From Callorhinchus milii (Eukaryota), in assembly GCF_018977255.1 (NCBI RefSeq), contig NW_024704742.1:18354001-18418000 (forward strand): a stretch of DNA of 64,000 nucleotides, in the 5' to 3' direction. The translations under genes and the position numbers were made by a program. Within the stretch, counting starts at the first letter, position 1, and each line of letters begins with the position of its first letter. A model generated the notes under the pieces. The model saw nothing but the letters and a program-made list of their open reading frames with translations. It made no database searches and had not been told where the DNA came from. Below are positions 24,285-37,439 of this stretch, one piece after another.

Positions 24285-25560
24285 CCTCCCATTGCCCCAG
24301 TCTCCCAGTGTCCTGTACCTCTCTGCCGCCTTCGACACTGTCGACCACTCCATCCCCATACACCACCTCCTCTTTACTTAATCTTCGCAAACCTGTCCTT
24401 TCCTGGATTGAATCCTACCTCTCTCACCCCCTCCACTTTGTTGCCTCTAACAGTCTCTCCTCCAGCCCCCACACTGTCATGTCTGGCATCCCCCAGGGAT
24501 CAGTCCATGGCCCTCTCCTCTTTAATATCTACATGCTCCCCCTTGGTGACATCGTCCGCAGACATGGGGTCAACTTCTACATGTATGCGGATGACACCCA
24601 ACTCTATCTTTCTGCCTCCACCCTCAACTCCAGGACCACTGCTGTCCTGACAGACTGTCTGTCGGACATCAAGTCCTGGATGAGGGCACGTTTCCTACAA
24701 TTGAATGTGAACAAGACTGAGACCCTCCTGATTGGCTCGCGCCAGCGCCTCAGCACCTCAGGCACTGGCAGCATCAACCTCCATGGTTGCACACTACAAC
24801 TCACCAAGCCAGTCAGGAACCTAGGTGTCTTGTTCGACCCTCAACTGTCTTTTCTCCCCCACATCGAAGCCATGACCCGCTCTGCCTTCTGTCACTTCCG
24901 TAACATCACCCGACTCTGCCACTACCTCACCCCTCAGGCCATCGAAACTCTTGTTCATGCCTTCATCACATCCAGGCTCGACGATGCAAACGCCCTGCTT
25001 GTCAGCCTTCCCAACTCCTCCCTTCACAGGATGCACACAATCCAGAACTCTGCAGCCCATGTTCTCTCCCGCACCAAACTCCGCGACCCCACCTCCCCCA
25101 TTTTCGCTCAACTCCATTGGCTCCCTGTCCTTCAGAGGATCCAGTTCAAGATCCTGTTCCTCACCTACAAAGCCCTCCATGGGCTCGCCCCACCCTACCT
25201 CTGTGACCTCCTAACCCCCTAACAACCCGACCGCTCCCTCCGCTCAGCCAGCTCTGGCCTGCTTTACGTCTCCCGACCCACCCACCCCACCATTGGCGGG
25301 AGAGCCTTCAGCCATTCTGCCCCCAACCTCTGGAATTCCATCCCCCAATCACACCGCCTCTCCCCCTCCTTAGCCTCCTTCAAGTCCCGACTCAAAACCC
25401 ACCTCTTCGACCACGCTATCGGTCTCGCCCATTCCCCTCCCCTTCCTTCTCCCTCCCTGACCCCAGCTCGAGTCTGAAATGCTGTACACTGACCAGCGCC
25501 TTGGGATGTCCTCCTGACGTGAAAGGTGCTATACAAATGTAATCTTCTTGTTGTTGTTGT
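24285..25560 (+). mobile_element. L2 LINE RT/3' fragment
   Basis: 304-aa ORF with [36 protein letters not shown]; (ttg)n tail. Confidence 0.95.
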
Positions 25561-25926
25561 GTCATTCCCAGTGACAACCTTCGAGAATCTGGGCTTCCAG
25601 TTTGAAGTTAGCAAACAAAAAGATTGAATAAACTGGGTATTCCTCTAACAGACACTTAAAGGCCGCGATGTAAGAGTTTGATGCCCGGCTTTGGGGACGT
25701 TGCGGTTGAGAATGGTGTGTGTGGGTGGGGGTGGATGTAGGAGAGGAAGGGTTACGCCTCTAGCCCATTCAGCACAGTATAATAGATATCATTAATTAAC
25801 CTTATGTTTGATGATTTGTTAAGATTACACAATATATATATATATACTGCATCATAACACATTTTCCTTTACCTCTCCTCCTGAACTTAGTAGAATGTAC
25901 TACATCTGCATTTCCTAAGCATTATT

Positions 25927-25963
<37 letters not shown>
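25927..25963. repeat. (TG)n(TA)n microsatellite
   Basis: Direct reading. Confidence 0.9.
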
Positions 25964-25964
<1 letters not shown>

Positions 25965-26155
25965 GATTTTCATTTTATTGCCTAATGAACATAAAAACAA
26001 ATACACATAATCACAAATAACAATGGAACTGAATGGGAAATTGCATCCCTAGAAAGAAAAAGGTGGAGAAACAAATTAATGAACATTAATGATGTTTTTT
26101 GATGATGTGAGACACTTGATCGCATTTTGATTTGTTTCTAAAATTGTTTCTTTAG

Positions 26156-26310
26156 CTGCGGATTGGTCTCCATTCTGGTTCTATTCTTGCTGGAGTAGTT
26201 GGGGTTAAAATGCCTCGATACTGCTTGTTTGGAAACAACGTTACTCTTGCCAACAAGTTTGAGTCAACCAGCTTTCCCAGAAGAATAAATGTCAGTCCAA
26301 CCACTTATGC
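26156..26310 (+). CDS. GUCY1A1: sGC alpha1 coding exon 7 (catalytic domain)
   Basis: tttctttag|[54 protein letters not shown]; donor GC|gtaagt; 155 nt. Not in the ORF track; translated by hand. Confidence 0.97.
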
Positions 26311-26660
26311 GTAAGTTTATTATTCCAAGTACAATCTTAATCAATTATATTTATTGACAGTTTAAAGTTGTTTTACATATTAAATGTGACTTCTTCTATT
26401 TTATATTGTGTAGTGTTAAAATATTTTGATGTTGGATAGATCATGTAAATTCCAAATATGATTTTTGGAAGGGATGTTTAGGGATAACTGTGATAATCAT
26501 GAAAAACAAACTTAGTAAATTAACAAGTTTTTAAGTTTGTGAATGTTTACCGCAGTGACTACTGTCTCTGGACTGACCATTTCTGCATATGTTTCGCTCA
26601 CTCATTGTGACACTGAAAAACTTGTGTTTAATTGTACACCTCTCTTTACAAGGACTTTGT

Positions 26661-26976
26661 GGAGTCCTGTAGCTCAGTGGTTAGAGCACTCGATTTGCAA
26701 GTGAGAGACCCGAGTTCAATTCCAGGCAGGGCGAAACCTTGGGCAAGTTTCCTTACTCCACACGCCTAATAATAATCCCTCCAAAACAAAAAACAATAAT
26801 AAATTGGTCATTTTCAATCTACGACTGTTTGTGGGACATTGCTGTGTGCAATTGGCTGCTGCGTTCACCCACAATATACAGTCAATTCACTTTACAGTGT
26901 GTTCTGTGAAGTGCTTTGGGGCGTCCTCCAAACGTGAAAAGCGCTATATCAAATGCAAGGATTATTATTATTATTA
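26661..26976 (+). mobile_element. tRNA-derived SINE, short subfamily
   Basis: ggagtcctgtagctcagtggttagagc (A box) ...gagttcaattcc (B box) ...(att)n tail. Confidence 0.93.
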
Positions 26977-27491
26977 CAAGTAGTTTGACCTCCATAAGCT
27001 GCTAGATGTCACTACTACTTTGGAGGGTATGCAACTTATCCAGTTTATGATACAGTATAGGGTACATAACATAATCAACATTAGCTCAGAGTATATCATT
27101 TAATTTTCTTTGAATTTGCATTTTATTTTATGTACTTATATTTTAGATAATTACCAATTTTTTTGTTCTCACTGTCCTAGATTTTTGCTTCCCTTACTTA
27201 AATAAACCATAGATCTTATACTAATTGTTTGGGCAGAAAATACAAAATGATCATTTTATCGATGGAATTGACAAAACTCTCAATGGGAAAGCTGTAAAGT
27301 TGCTGACTCCAGGCTTTCCTCAGCAGTGCTTTTCATCCCACTGATCTTTGAATTATAAAATCTTACTCACCGCATGTACTTGAGTTACTGTAAAGCAGCC
27401 CTGTACCACGAGTGTTAGTGATATTCACAAGTAACCATGCTTTGTGTTTACACATTAAACTTTCTACCTGTCTAAACCTTTTCTATTTTAG

Positions 27492-27693
27492 GTTATTAAA
27501 GGATGATTCTGGGTTCAAGTTCACACCTCGCTCTATAGAAGACCTGCCTCCTAACTTCCCAGATGAAATTCCTGGGATTTGCTATTTTTTGGATGCTCAC
27601 CATCCTATAGATGGGACAAACTTTTCCACTGGCTTAGAGGATGGGCACAGCAAACACAGTAATACTGTTTTTATGAGGAAAGCTACAAAGTAG
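27492..27693 (+). CDS. GUCY1A1: sGC alpha1 last coding exon
   Basis: ttctattttag|G; LLKDDSGFKFTPRSIEDLPPNFPDEIPGICYFLDAH...FMRKATK, stop TAG at 27691-27693. No alpha2-type C-terminal RETSL PDZ motif. Confidence 0.95.
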
Positions 27694-28104
27694 TGGATTC
27701 TACATCATATGCAAATCTTTCCTGTTCTCTGTATCGAATGGTGTGCTTGGGTTTGCAGTTTAATTAATTGAAAGTTAAAGCGTTAAAATGGGGAAGTTTT
27801 ATTTTGGTGGAAGGGTATTTTTTGTTAAAAGATTTTAAACAACATTTTACTGTCAGTAGACCACATTATCAACCTGGAGGGAAAGATAATTGTACATAAA
27901 TTTATAAATCACCACCGAATCTGCTTGAGTTTTTGTGATTTCTTAAAAGTTCTGTTCTGGTCAAATATCAATTCTTTTTAGCTTGCCTGCATACAAATCC
28001 CTTGCTATGGTTTGACAGATTCCATTTCTAGTTAATCAGAATTCACAAAGTAGAGTTTGCATTGATCAATTCTATATTATGCAGTCTTTCCTTTTTCTGC
28101 ACAT

Positions 28105-28352
28105 AAACAGTAGGAACCCAGTTGTTAGTTGATTGGCGATTGCTTTTCTGGGGTTAATAATTACTTAAAAAATAATAATAAATTGATCACTCAATCCACG
28201 ACTGTTTGTGGGACACTGCTGTGTGCAATTGGCTGCCACGTTTCACCACAAAAAATATACAGTCACTCCACTTTACAGTGTATTCTGTGAAGCACTTTGA
28301 GCTGTCTCAAAGATGTGATAAGGCTCTATATCAAATGCAACGATTATTTTAT
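28105..28352 (+). mobile_element. 5'-truncated long-subfamily SINE just downstream of the GUCY1A1 stop
   Basis: agtaggaacccagttgttagttgattggcg...gtttgtgggacactgctgtg...tcaaatgcaacgatta. Confidence 0.85.
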
Positions 28353-28439
28353 TGCTATGTCTGATTTGTATTCATTTAGGTCTCCAGATTGTATAAATAT
28401 CATGATCTTCCCAGGTAGCTCATTTTGTAAAGCCACTTC

Positions 28440-28790
28440 CTAGAGTGAGACTCAGACAAACAAGGCCAAAACACCCTGGGTTTAATCTCTGTCTGTAATT
28501 GTTAAGTGATCTTAACTAAGGGAAATGTTGGAGCATTGCAATTGGCCTTAGCATCCCTGAGCTTGTGAGGAAAAATTCCTATTCCTGAATATTATCCAAT
28601 GATCCTTGCTGTAAAGTGCCAGTGGGTGGATATCAGGGCAAGACTGGACTTGGCTGTGGTGCCCTATGGTCGAATTGCCTGCTGACACTCATTGTCTTGG
28701 CTCAACATAAAGCATGTCCATTTTGACATTGTATTGGGTGACATTCATGATTCTACACCTCAAGGAAAGTCAATGCCTTTGAGGAGAATT
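28440..28790 (+). repeat. Unclassified interspersed repeat family B (other copies at 57715-58040 + and 52575-52670 -)
   Basis: Shared blocks tgcaattggc, ctgc(t/c)(g/a)acactca, tggaactg(t/c)accc. Confidence 0.55.
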
Positions 28791-29264
28791 TGCTTGCATA
28801 AGGATTTCTGGTTTAAATATAAATACTGTATGAACTTGGTGGAGCCACGTTTCTCGCTTTTCTGTTAACAAAAGTAGGGTCAAAATGTATAAATAACACA
28901 ACATAGCCTATTTTGTTGGGACTTAGACCCAATGGAAAATCTTCTATTCTCCCCAAAAAATCTCCTGGCTAATCCCATGCTTCAGATGTATCCTGATAAC
29001 ACATACTCCCTGTGAGGAAGATACAGGGAATATATAGTGTGCTTGCTTCTGCGGGAAAGTGTTTAGAATGAAAATCTGATGAAAGAGTCATTAAAAAAGC
29101 AAGCAAGTGAGTGTGAGACATAATTTGCATTGAAAAAGGTCCAACCTATCCCAGTCTAATAATAATAATAATCCTTGGTTTGATATAATGCCTTATCAAG
29201 TCAAAGCGCTTCACAGAATATACTGTAAAATGAATTGACTGTATTTTGTGGTAGTCTATCCTGA

Positions 29265-30010
29265 TAACAGTCACCTGCCAGCAGTGATATTATTCTCGTA
29301 AAGCTACACTGTACTCTTTCCATTGCTGTCATATTCTTCTTGTAGTGTGGAGGCCAGAATTGGACACAATATTCCAAAGGTTTGTATAAAATCAATATCA
29401 CCTCACTTTTATATTCTATCCCTCTGGATATGAAGCCCAAGACCCCATTGGCCTTTTTCATAGCCTTATCTACCTGTGTAGTTACTTTTAGAGATTTGTG
29501 GATCTGAATCCCCAGTTCTCTTGCTCCTCTTAGGTTCCTACCATCTTCTTTAATTTTCCTGCCGAAGTGAATTACTTCACATTTTCATATACTAAACTTC
29601 ATTTGCCATCTATCTGGCAATTCTGCCAGCCACTTCATGACTTTCTACTTTCTTCTTCACTGTTTACCACACCCTCTCAATTTGGTTTCCTATTCAAATT
29701 CTGATAGCACACATCTAATACCTGAATCCTAATCATTTATGTATATGATCAACAGTAGTGGTCCTAACATGGATACTTGCAGAACATCACTTCCTACCTC
29801 TTGCCAGCCTGAGAAGATACCCTTAACCCCTACCCTTTGTTTTCAGTTTCCAAACCATTCTTTAATCATTCTTTACCTCTCCCACAATTCCATAAACCTC
29901 AATTTTAGTCATGAACCTCTCATGGGGCACTTTATCAAAGGCCTTCTTGAAATCCGGATACACTACTTCCACTGCAATTCCCTTGTCTAGCTCTGAGCAG
30001 TCCTTTTTCA
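29265..30010 (-). mobile_element. CR1 RT fragment
   Basis: Minus ORFs: KKANGVLGFISRGIEYKS...PLEYCVQFWPPHYKK and VVYPDFKKAFDKVPHERF. Confidence 0.85.
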
Positions 30011-30262
30011 CCATGAACTTCATAAAAAATAAATACCGTTCCAAACTAACAGATGATAACCTTAATCTTTGACTGGTGTGCTCAAAACTGAATATAGAAG
30101 ATGTTATGGACAAAAAACAAATTCAGAAGTAACTTGTTTGATATTTTATTGTGAATTTCATAATAAATGCACCTTTCTTTTCCAGTAATTCTTTTTAAGT
30201 TTTTTTAGTGGCACAGCGATATGTCTTGGCATTTCATTTTAGATTTTTGTTATGTCTTCCTC

Positions 30263-30455
30263 ATAATAATAATCTTTGCATTTGATATAGTGCCTTATCA
30301 CGTCTTCGAGACGTCTCAAAACATTTCACAGAATTTACTGTGAAGTGAATTGACTGTATATTGTGTGGGTGAAACATGGCAACCATTTGCGCACAGCAGT
30401 GTCCTACAAACAGTTGTGGATTGAGTGACCAATTTATTATTATTATTATTATTAT
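30263..30455 (-). mobile_element. SINE 3' half
   Basis: Reverse complement of the shared SINE tail. Confidence 0.85.
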
Positions 30456-31719
30456 GAAGGAATTATTACTCTTGGTTCCTCTTTGCCTTCCTAATGGTCT
30501 TTTTAACCTTATTCCTAAGATTGCTGTATTCACTCCTGTTTTCCTCTCTGTTATCTATTCTGTATTTTTCAGATGCTTTTTTCTTTAGCTGCAGTTTTAT
30601 CTTCATCTCTTTATTCATCCATTGCATGCCATTATTATTTTTTTTTCTTATTTCTTAATGGAATATATTTCTCCTGCACACCCTTTCTATCTCGTGCTTC
30701 AATATCTTGCGCTATCATGGACAAAGTATATTTATGCACACGGTCTCCTTCCTGCTGCCCATTCTGAATGAGCCACTTTACTAATTACACATAAAACACC
30801 TCCATCAATTGCTGTGATTCTATAGAATTCTATTATTAAGTTGCAAATTGCAGGGATTTGTTATTACAAATCTTCTGAATCATAACTGATTTTTTTGGTA
30901 ACTGATCTTTTGGTAACCTAAGTACAACACATAATCCCACGGGAAATATACTCAGAAAGTGGATCCTGCCATAGTTTGTGATGTATTTCCAGATTCCGTC
31001 ATTAATAACTCCTATTTGAAATTAATTTTACAATTACAATTGATTTAAAAGACAAAACTGGACTTTCTCTGCTAAATTGTTCAATCATCATTGGTTGTTT
31101 CTATTCCCAAAAAAATTTGTTAACTCGAGTTTGGAAATAGTTTGTTTACAACACATTTCAATGATAAACTAGCGTTACATTTGCTGGATGTCATGTGGGA
31201 ACATACTTGATTAATAGTATCACATATTTCAGATGAGTAAAGCTCCTGTTTTCCTCAGTGATAGTAGATGTCATGTGCATGTCTTGTTTCATTAGAACGG
31301 GTTGTATAGATTGATAGGCAGAAGATATGGCCTTTTTATTTAAACAATTTATCCAGTGCTGTTCAGTGAACATAATTTTCTTTTGACTTTTGTGGGTCCC
31401 TTTATCAATACAACAAAGGGTTTCTGTTCAGTGACATCTCAGAAATTAAACAAACATCAAAAACATGCTTATGCAAACTAAATTCTGAAAATATGTTTGC
31501 ATACTGCAAATCTGCAATAGCCAGAGTAGCTCTGACACAAGAGAGATACCAAACACTATTTGTATATGGCTGGTAAATAAGCCAGTAATGTTTGATTCAT
31601 GTCTGCTTGAAAGTAAAGGCAAAGAGGAGTCTAATGTATTTTATGTTCCACTAAAACTGCAAGAAACGATGAGACAGAATACCCATTAACTCTTCCCATC
31701 CAAGTTTCATCGATCACCA

Positions 31720-32102
31720 GTATCTCTGAAAATTGTGTGTAAGATCTCTATTCTGATTATCATATCCCTTCATAGTCTCACTGCACATTTCGTATTCAAT
31801 GTTTTTCAGTCCTACATTCTGCTCTGTACTCTGTACTCCTCTAGCTTCAGATTATTACTTGCTCCTCACTCACTTTGTTCCATCATTTCTGGCTTTGCTT
31901 CCAGTCATCGTGCCCTTGTCCTCCCAAAAACATTTTGATTCGTTGCTGCCTTCAGAATCCTCCTAAAAACAAACCTTTTCAACTGAAAATTTGGTAACTA
32001 TCTCCAAATGTCTAATTCCCCTTCCCAGTGTCCACCAATGCACTTGTCAAATGCTTTGAGAGGTTCTTTTACATGAAAAGTGCCATATAATGCAAATTGT
32101 TG
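31720..32102 (+). mobile_element. Old L2 3' fragment
   Basis: aagatctctattctg...aaatgctttgagagg...catgaaaagtgccatataatgcaaattgttg tail. Confidence 0.5.
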
Positions 32103-32146
32103 TTAAAACTGGTAAAGCACCATCTGGTTCTTCAATATGGTTCTTC

Positions 32147-35100
32147 AATGGTTGTTGTCATTGGGGATGAGACTATTAGACAGACAGACACAATCATCTG
32201 CAACCCCAATCAGAAGACCCAAAGGCTTTGTTGCCTCCCTGGGGCCAGGGTGAAGGATGTCTTGGCAGGGCTAGAGGATAATTCAAAGTACGAGGGCAAG
32301 GATCCGTTGGTGGTACTTCACAAAGGTACCAATGACATCGGTAGAGTTGGCCAAGATGACTTGAGAAGGGAATTCAAAGAGCCGGGGTCCAAATTGAAGT
32401 CAAGATCATCGAAGGTGGTAATATTGGGACTACTGCCTGTACCATACGACAATTGGTACAGGAACAAACAAATTAAACACTTGAACTCATGGCTAAAAGA
32501 GTGGTACGGAACTCAGGGGTTTCTTTTTATGGGTCATTGGCATGAGTATTGGGGGAAAAGAGAACTGTTTCAGAGAAATGGGCTGCATTTAAATCGGGCT
32601 GGGATAAATGTCCTAGCTAAATGAATTAATAGGGAAGTAAATAGGAATTTAAACTAGTAAAGGGGGGGGAATATATAGATAAGAGAAACCATAAGTTAGC
32701 ATTAGAAAAAGTAAAGATGACAGTGCAGAATAGCATGCCAGATAATAGGAATATGTTAACTAGGGGTAAGAAGCTTGGCAAAGCAGATAAGGAATCAGAG
32801 AGGAGAGGAAATGGTAGGAAATTAAAAATGTTATATTTGAAAGCGCAAAGCATTCAGAATAAAACTGATGAATTAAAAGCACAGATAGACACATATGGGT
32901 ACGATCGAGTAGCCATCACTGAAACATGGTTACAAGGAGATCTAGGGTGGGAGTTAAATATTCCAGGGTTCTCAGTTTACAGGAAAGATAGGCACTGTGG
33001 GAAACAAGGTGGGGGGGTAGCCCTGTTAATTAGGGATGAAATAAAACTAGTGGGAGGAAAGATCTGAAATCCGATGACCAGGTAGTAGAGATAATATGGG
33101 TGGAAATAAAAAATAAATAGGGACAGAAAATATTAATGGGAGTGGTTTGTAGACCCCCAAACAGTGATCACAATATAGCACAAGGTATTAATCAGGAAAT
33201 CAGTGGAGCATGTAGGAAAGGTAAAGCGATAATAGTGGGTGATTTCGATCTCCACATAGATTGGGAAAACCAAATTGACAAAAGTAGGTTAGAAGAAGAG
33301 TTCATTGAGTGTATGAGAGATAACTTTCTAGAGCAGCATGCCGAGAAACCAATTAGGGCCATCATAAACCTTGTTTTGTGTAAGGAAACAGGGCTAGTCG
33401 GCAGTGTAGGTATTAAGACTCCTCCAGGGCAGAGTGATCACAATATGATTGAACTCTGCATTAAGTTAGAGAGGGATATAGTTAATTCCGAGGCAAGTAT
33501 TCTGAATTTAAATAAGGCTAATTTTGTAGGTATGAGAAAAGATTTAGGTAAAATAGACTGGAGAATGAGATTAAGAGGTAAAAATGTAGACTAACAGTGA
33601 CAAATATTTAAGGATCAAATTAAAAGAAAAAGCTTATAAAACTGCCAAGAAAAGCAGCGAATCTGAAGATTGGGAACGTTTTAGAAACCAGCAAAAAAAA
33701 CTAAAAAAACTCATTAAGAGAGAAAAAGGAGTATGAGGGTAAGCTAGCTAGGAACATTAAGTCAGATTGTAAAAGTTTTTACAAATATATTAAGAGGAAT
33801 AGGCTAGTGAGGGTAAATGTAGGTCCACTTCAGTCAGAGACGGGAGAAGTTGTAATGGGGGATAAGGACATGGCAGAGTCCCTAAATGGGTACTTTGCAT
33901 CTGTCTTCACCCTAGAAGACACAACAAGTCTGCCAACAATAGAGATGCACCAAGGGGATAAGGACAGGGAGCAACTTAGGGAAATTTTCATTAGTAGAGA
34001 ATTGGTGCTAGGGAAACTGTTAGCACTAAAAAGTGACAAATCCCCTGGTCCGGATGGCTTGCATCCCAGGGTTTTAAAAGAGGTAGCTTATGAGATAGTG
34101 GAGGCCTTGTATCTGATCTTCCAAAATTCCTTGGATTCTGGAACAGTCCCCATGGATTGGAAGATCGCAAATGTCACACCACTATTTAAAAAAGGTGGAA
34201 AGGAAAAGATGGGGAACTATAGGCCAGTTAGTCTCACATCAGTGATAGGAAAAAATTTTGAATCGTTGATTAAGGATGTGGTAGTGCGGTATTTAGGGAG
34301 CACAATATAATTAGGCCAAGTCAACATGGCTTTACAAAAGGGAAGTCATGTTTGACAAATCTCATAGAGTGTTTTGAGGATATTTCGAGTAAACTAGATA
34401 AGGGTGAATCAGTGGATGTGGTCTATTTGGACTTCCAGAAGGCATTCGATAAGGTGCCGCATAAAAGGTTAGTCCAAAAGATAAGGGCCCATGGAATTGG
34501 GGAGCATATTAACGTGGATTGGGGAATGGTTAACGGGTAGGAAACAAAGAGTAGGGATAAACGGGTCCTTTTCAGATTGGCGGGATGTGACTAGTGGAGT
34601 GCCTCAGCTATTTACCATCTACATCAACGATCTAGATGAGGACATCGAAGTTAATATATCTAAATTGCGGATGACACAAAACTAGGAGGAAGTGTCAACA
34701 CAGAGGATGACATTAAAAAAATGCAGCGAGACATAGATAGGTTAGGTGATTGGGCAGGTAGGTGGCAGATGAAGTATAATGTAGGGAAGTGCGAAGTCAT
34801 CCACCTAGGTAGCAAAAACAGTAGAGCGGGTTATTTTTTAGAAGGGGAGAGATTGGAATGTGTTAGCGTTCAGAGGGACTTGGGTGTCCTTGTACACCAA
34901 TCAAAGAAAGTTAGTCTGCAGGTGCAGCAGCAATTAGGAAGGCGAACGGTATGTTAGCATTCATTATGAAAGGATTAGAGTATAAGAGTAGGGAAGTCTT
35001 GCTGCAACTGTTTAGGGCCCTGGTGAGACCACACCTGGAATACTGTGTGCAGTTTTGGTTTCCTTATTTAAGGAAGGATGTACTTGCCTTGGAGGGGGTG

Positions 35101-35580
35101 CAGCGTACATTTACTAGGTTAGTACCAGGGATGAAGGGGATGAGTTACGAGGATAGGCTGACCAATTTGGGCCTATATTCTCTAGAATATAGAAGAATTA
35201 GATGGGATCTTATAGAATAGATAGTGGGAGATTGTTTCCCCTGGCTGGAGAAACTAAAACCAAGGGTCATAACCTTAAAATCAGAGGCCAGCCCTTTCGC
35301 ACTGAGTTGAGGAAGAATTTCTTCACTCAAAGGGTGGTGAATGTATGGAACTCGCTACCCCAAAGGGCTGTTGACGCTCAGTCCTTAAACATATTCAAGA
35401 CTGAGATAGATAGATTTCTTATTGCAAAAGGGATTAAGGGATATGGGGATAAGGCAGGGTTAGGTTATTAGCTGGAGTTAGATTAAAAGATCAGCCATGA
35501 TTGAATGGCAGGGCAGGCTCGAAGGGCCAAATGGCCTACTCCTGCTCCTACATGTTATGTTATGCTATATTATGTTATGT
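32147..35580 (+). mobile_element. CR1-clade LINE, long decayed copy (ORF1 SGNH-esterase remnant, ORF2 endonuclease-RT, 3' tail)
   Basis: ORF1: VVVIGD.., CCLPGARVKDV, GTND, GLHLN. EN: AITETWL, GGGVAL, GDF, SDHN. RT: KSPGPDGLHPRVLKE, NYRPVSLTS, YLDFQKAFDKVPH, LVRPHLEYCVQFW, NFFTQRVVNVWNSLP. 3' gaagggccaaatggcctactcctgctcc plus (ATGTT)n. Several stops and frameshifts. Confidence 0.95.
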
Positions 35581-37439
35581 AATATATTTTTGTCTTTTGC
35601 AATGTAAACGATTGTTGGCAACATAGCGCCATCAATTTAACAAGCTAAAGCTCTTCAGTCTTGAGAGAGGGCATCTCAGAGGGGACCTTACAGACATGTA
35701 TAATATTGTTAAATGGAATTGAAAAAGTGAACCCAAAACAAGATTTTAGGATGCATTAAGACAGAAAAACAAGAGGATACATAGGTTTAGAGTTGCAAAG
35801 AGCAATTTCAGGATAGATACCAAGAAGATTTGTTTTGCTCAGAGGGTAACTTTACCAACCTGTCTGCTCTCTCTGCTCGGCAGGCACTAGCTTGCTCCAC
35901 ATCTCCCATCCTGCCCGCTCTATCATCTGTGGTCAGGTCTTCAGCCTTTCTGTCTCCACCCTCTGGAAGTCCAGACCCTCTCCACCTTGCTCCATTCCTT
36001 GACTCCTACAAGGCCAGTCCAAGCCCTGCCTCTTAGACCGTGGATACACTTGACCTTCTGAAAGTTTCTTCGGAGCAAGAGAATGATGATTCTGATGGAA
36101 AAAAGCAAACACTTCAAGCATTAACGTGTTTAGTGTGGAGTATATATCCTGTTTATAGAAGCAACCTCCCTTTCCCTGAGTGTGTAATGGGTAACACTTC
36201 CTTCACTTATAGACTAATTGAAATTGCTTGATCACAAGACACCTGAACTTTATTATGATCTTAGACTTAAGACAATTGTATTAAAGTTTGAGAACTTGCA
36301 GGATTTTGGAAAGTTATTTGTTACCTTTAGCCATCATTTGAAAGCTGAATTTTTCAGGCTATCACCATGTTAATTTCTGGCATGAACACGACAAAGAGGT
36401 AAGTTAAACTGTGCAATGTGCTCTGCTGTGTTCCCCCACTCCTCTCCCCCACACATACACCACCCTCAAAAATAATGTCCATCTTTAAAAATGGCAAACA
36501 ATACATTTAATTTATTGATCTTCAGTTCTTGAGGTGTCCTGCAGCAGAGTTTGCAATTTCCTGTCAGGCACTTTGAACACCAAGCAATTGGAATGCCTTC
36601 CAACCAATTATTGATCTTAAATGGAAAATGACAGTCAGTTAGCATCACAGAGGAATGGCACATCCGAGGTGACATAAGGAAGCAAAACCTTGACAAATGT
36701 CATTGTACCACAACAAATGCATTTAAAGCAACAATTATTTATAAACATGGCAAGAATTTAAGCGAATCCTTAACCACATTTATATCCAATTTTTTAAAAA
36801 AGATACAATTATATTATGAAATGCTGTTGAAAACATCTGACTCTAGACATTAAGCCATACCCCATTGTTTTCCAAGGTACACACAACACTTGCTCTACAT
36901 TAATATAAATCTAAGTTGTCATAATGTTTCTTTGAAGGCTGACAAGCTGGATAAATATGTATGAATTGCCTTTCTTTCTTATCACAATTACTCAAGCAAG
37001 CTTATTTCTCGTAATACATTATTACACAAACTGTACGCGTCCACACTTATTCACATTGCATTCTCTGACACAAATTCTGTTGAATTACAGCTAAATGTGT
37101 GCTATACAACACAAAATATAGTTTACTTTTGTCAGTAAAATATTGCTTAATTTAACTGTGTATGTTCAGGTTTGCTATGTAAAGTGTTGACACAGTATTA
37201 CATTTTCCAATATATTTGTGGCTAATTGAAGAAAAGCCAGAAATATGGTAGAAGATTTGAAAGAATATGAACATTTTTGAGGAAAGGCTAGCTCTTTGCA
37301 AGCATGTTTCTTTAAATCTTTACAATGTTTAGAATGAATTGTAGCATGTTCAATGCATTTGCTGTGATATTTGTTTAGACCCCACAAAAAATACAGTAAA
37401 CTCACTTTACAGTGTATTCTGATAAGGTGCTATATCAAA

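Noticed and set aside
26661..26732. tRNA-Ala(TGC)-like genes (also at 3465, 43110, 52155, 58068)
   Set aside because: Each continues into an identical SINE body and tail and the copies carry scattered substitutions; they are SINE heads.
9739..27693. Calling the gene GUCY1A2 or a pseudogene
   Set aside because: Tandem position before beta1, alpha1-type residues and no RETSL tail favour alpha1. Seven downstream exons are intact with canonical splice sites and the catalytic SDIVGF and IGDAY motifs.
30162..30167. AATAAA as the GUCY1A1 poly(A) signal
   Set aside because: Plausible, but one of several hexamers in AT-rich sequence; cannot be assigned without transcript data.
32147..35580. Active autonomous retrotransposon or novel RT system
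   Set aside because: ORF2 is broken by stops, frameshifts and deletions; all RT ORFs in the window fit ordinary CR1 or L2 clades.
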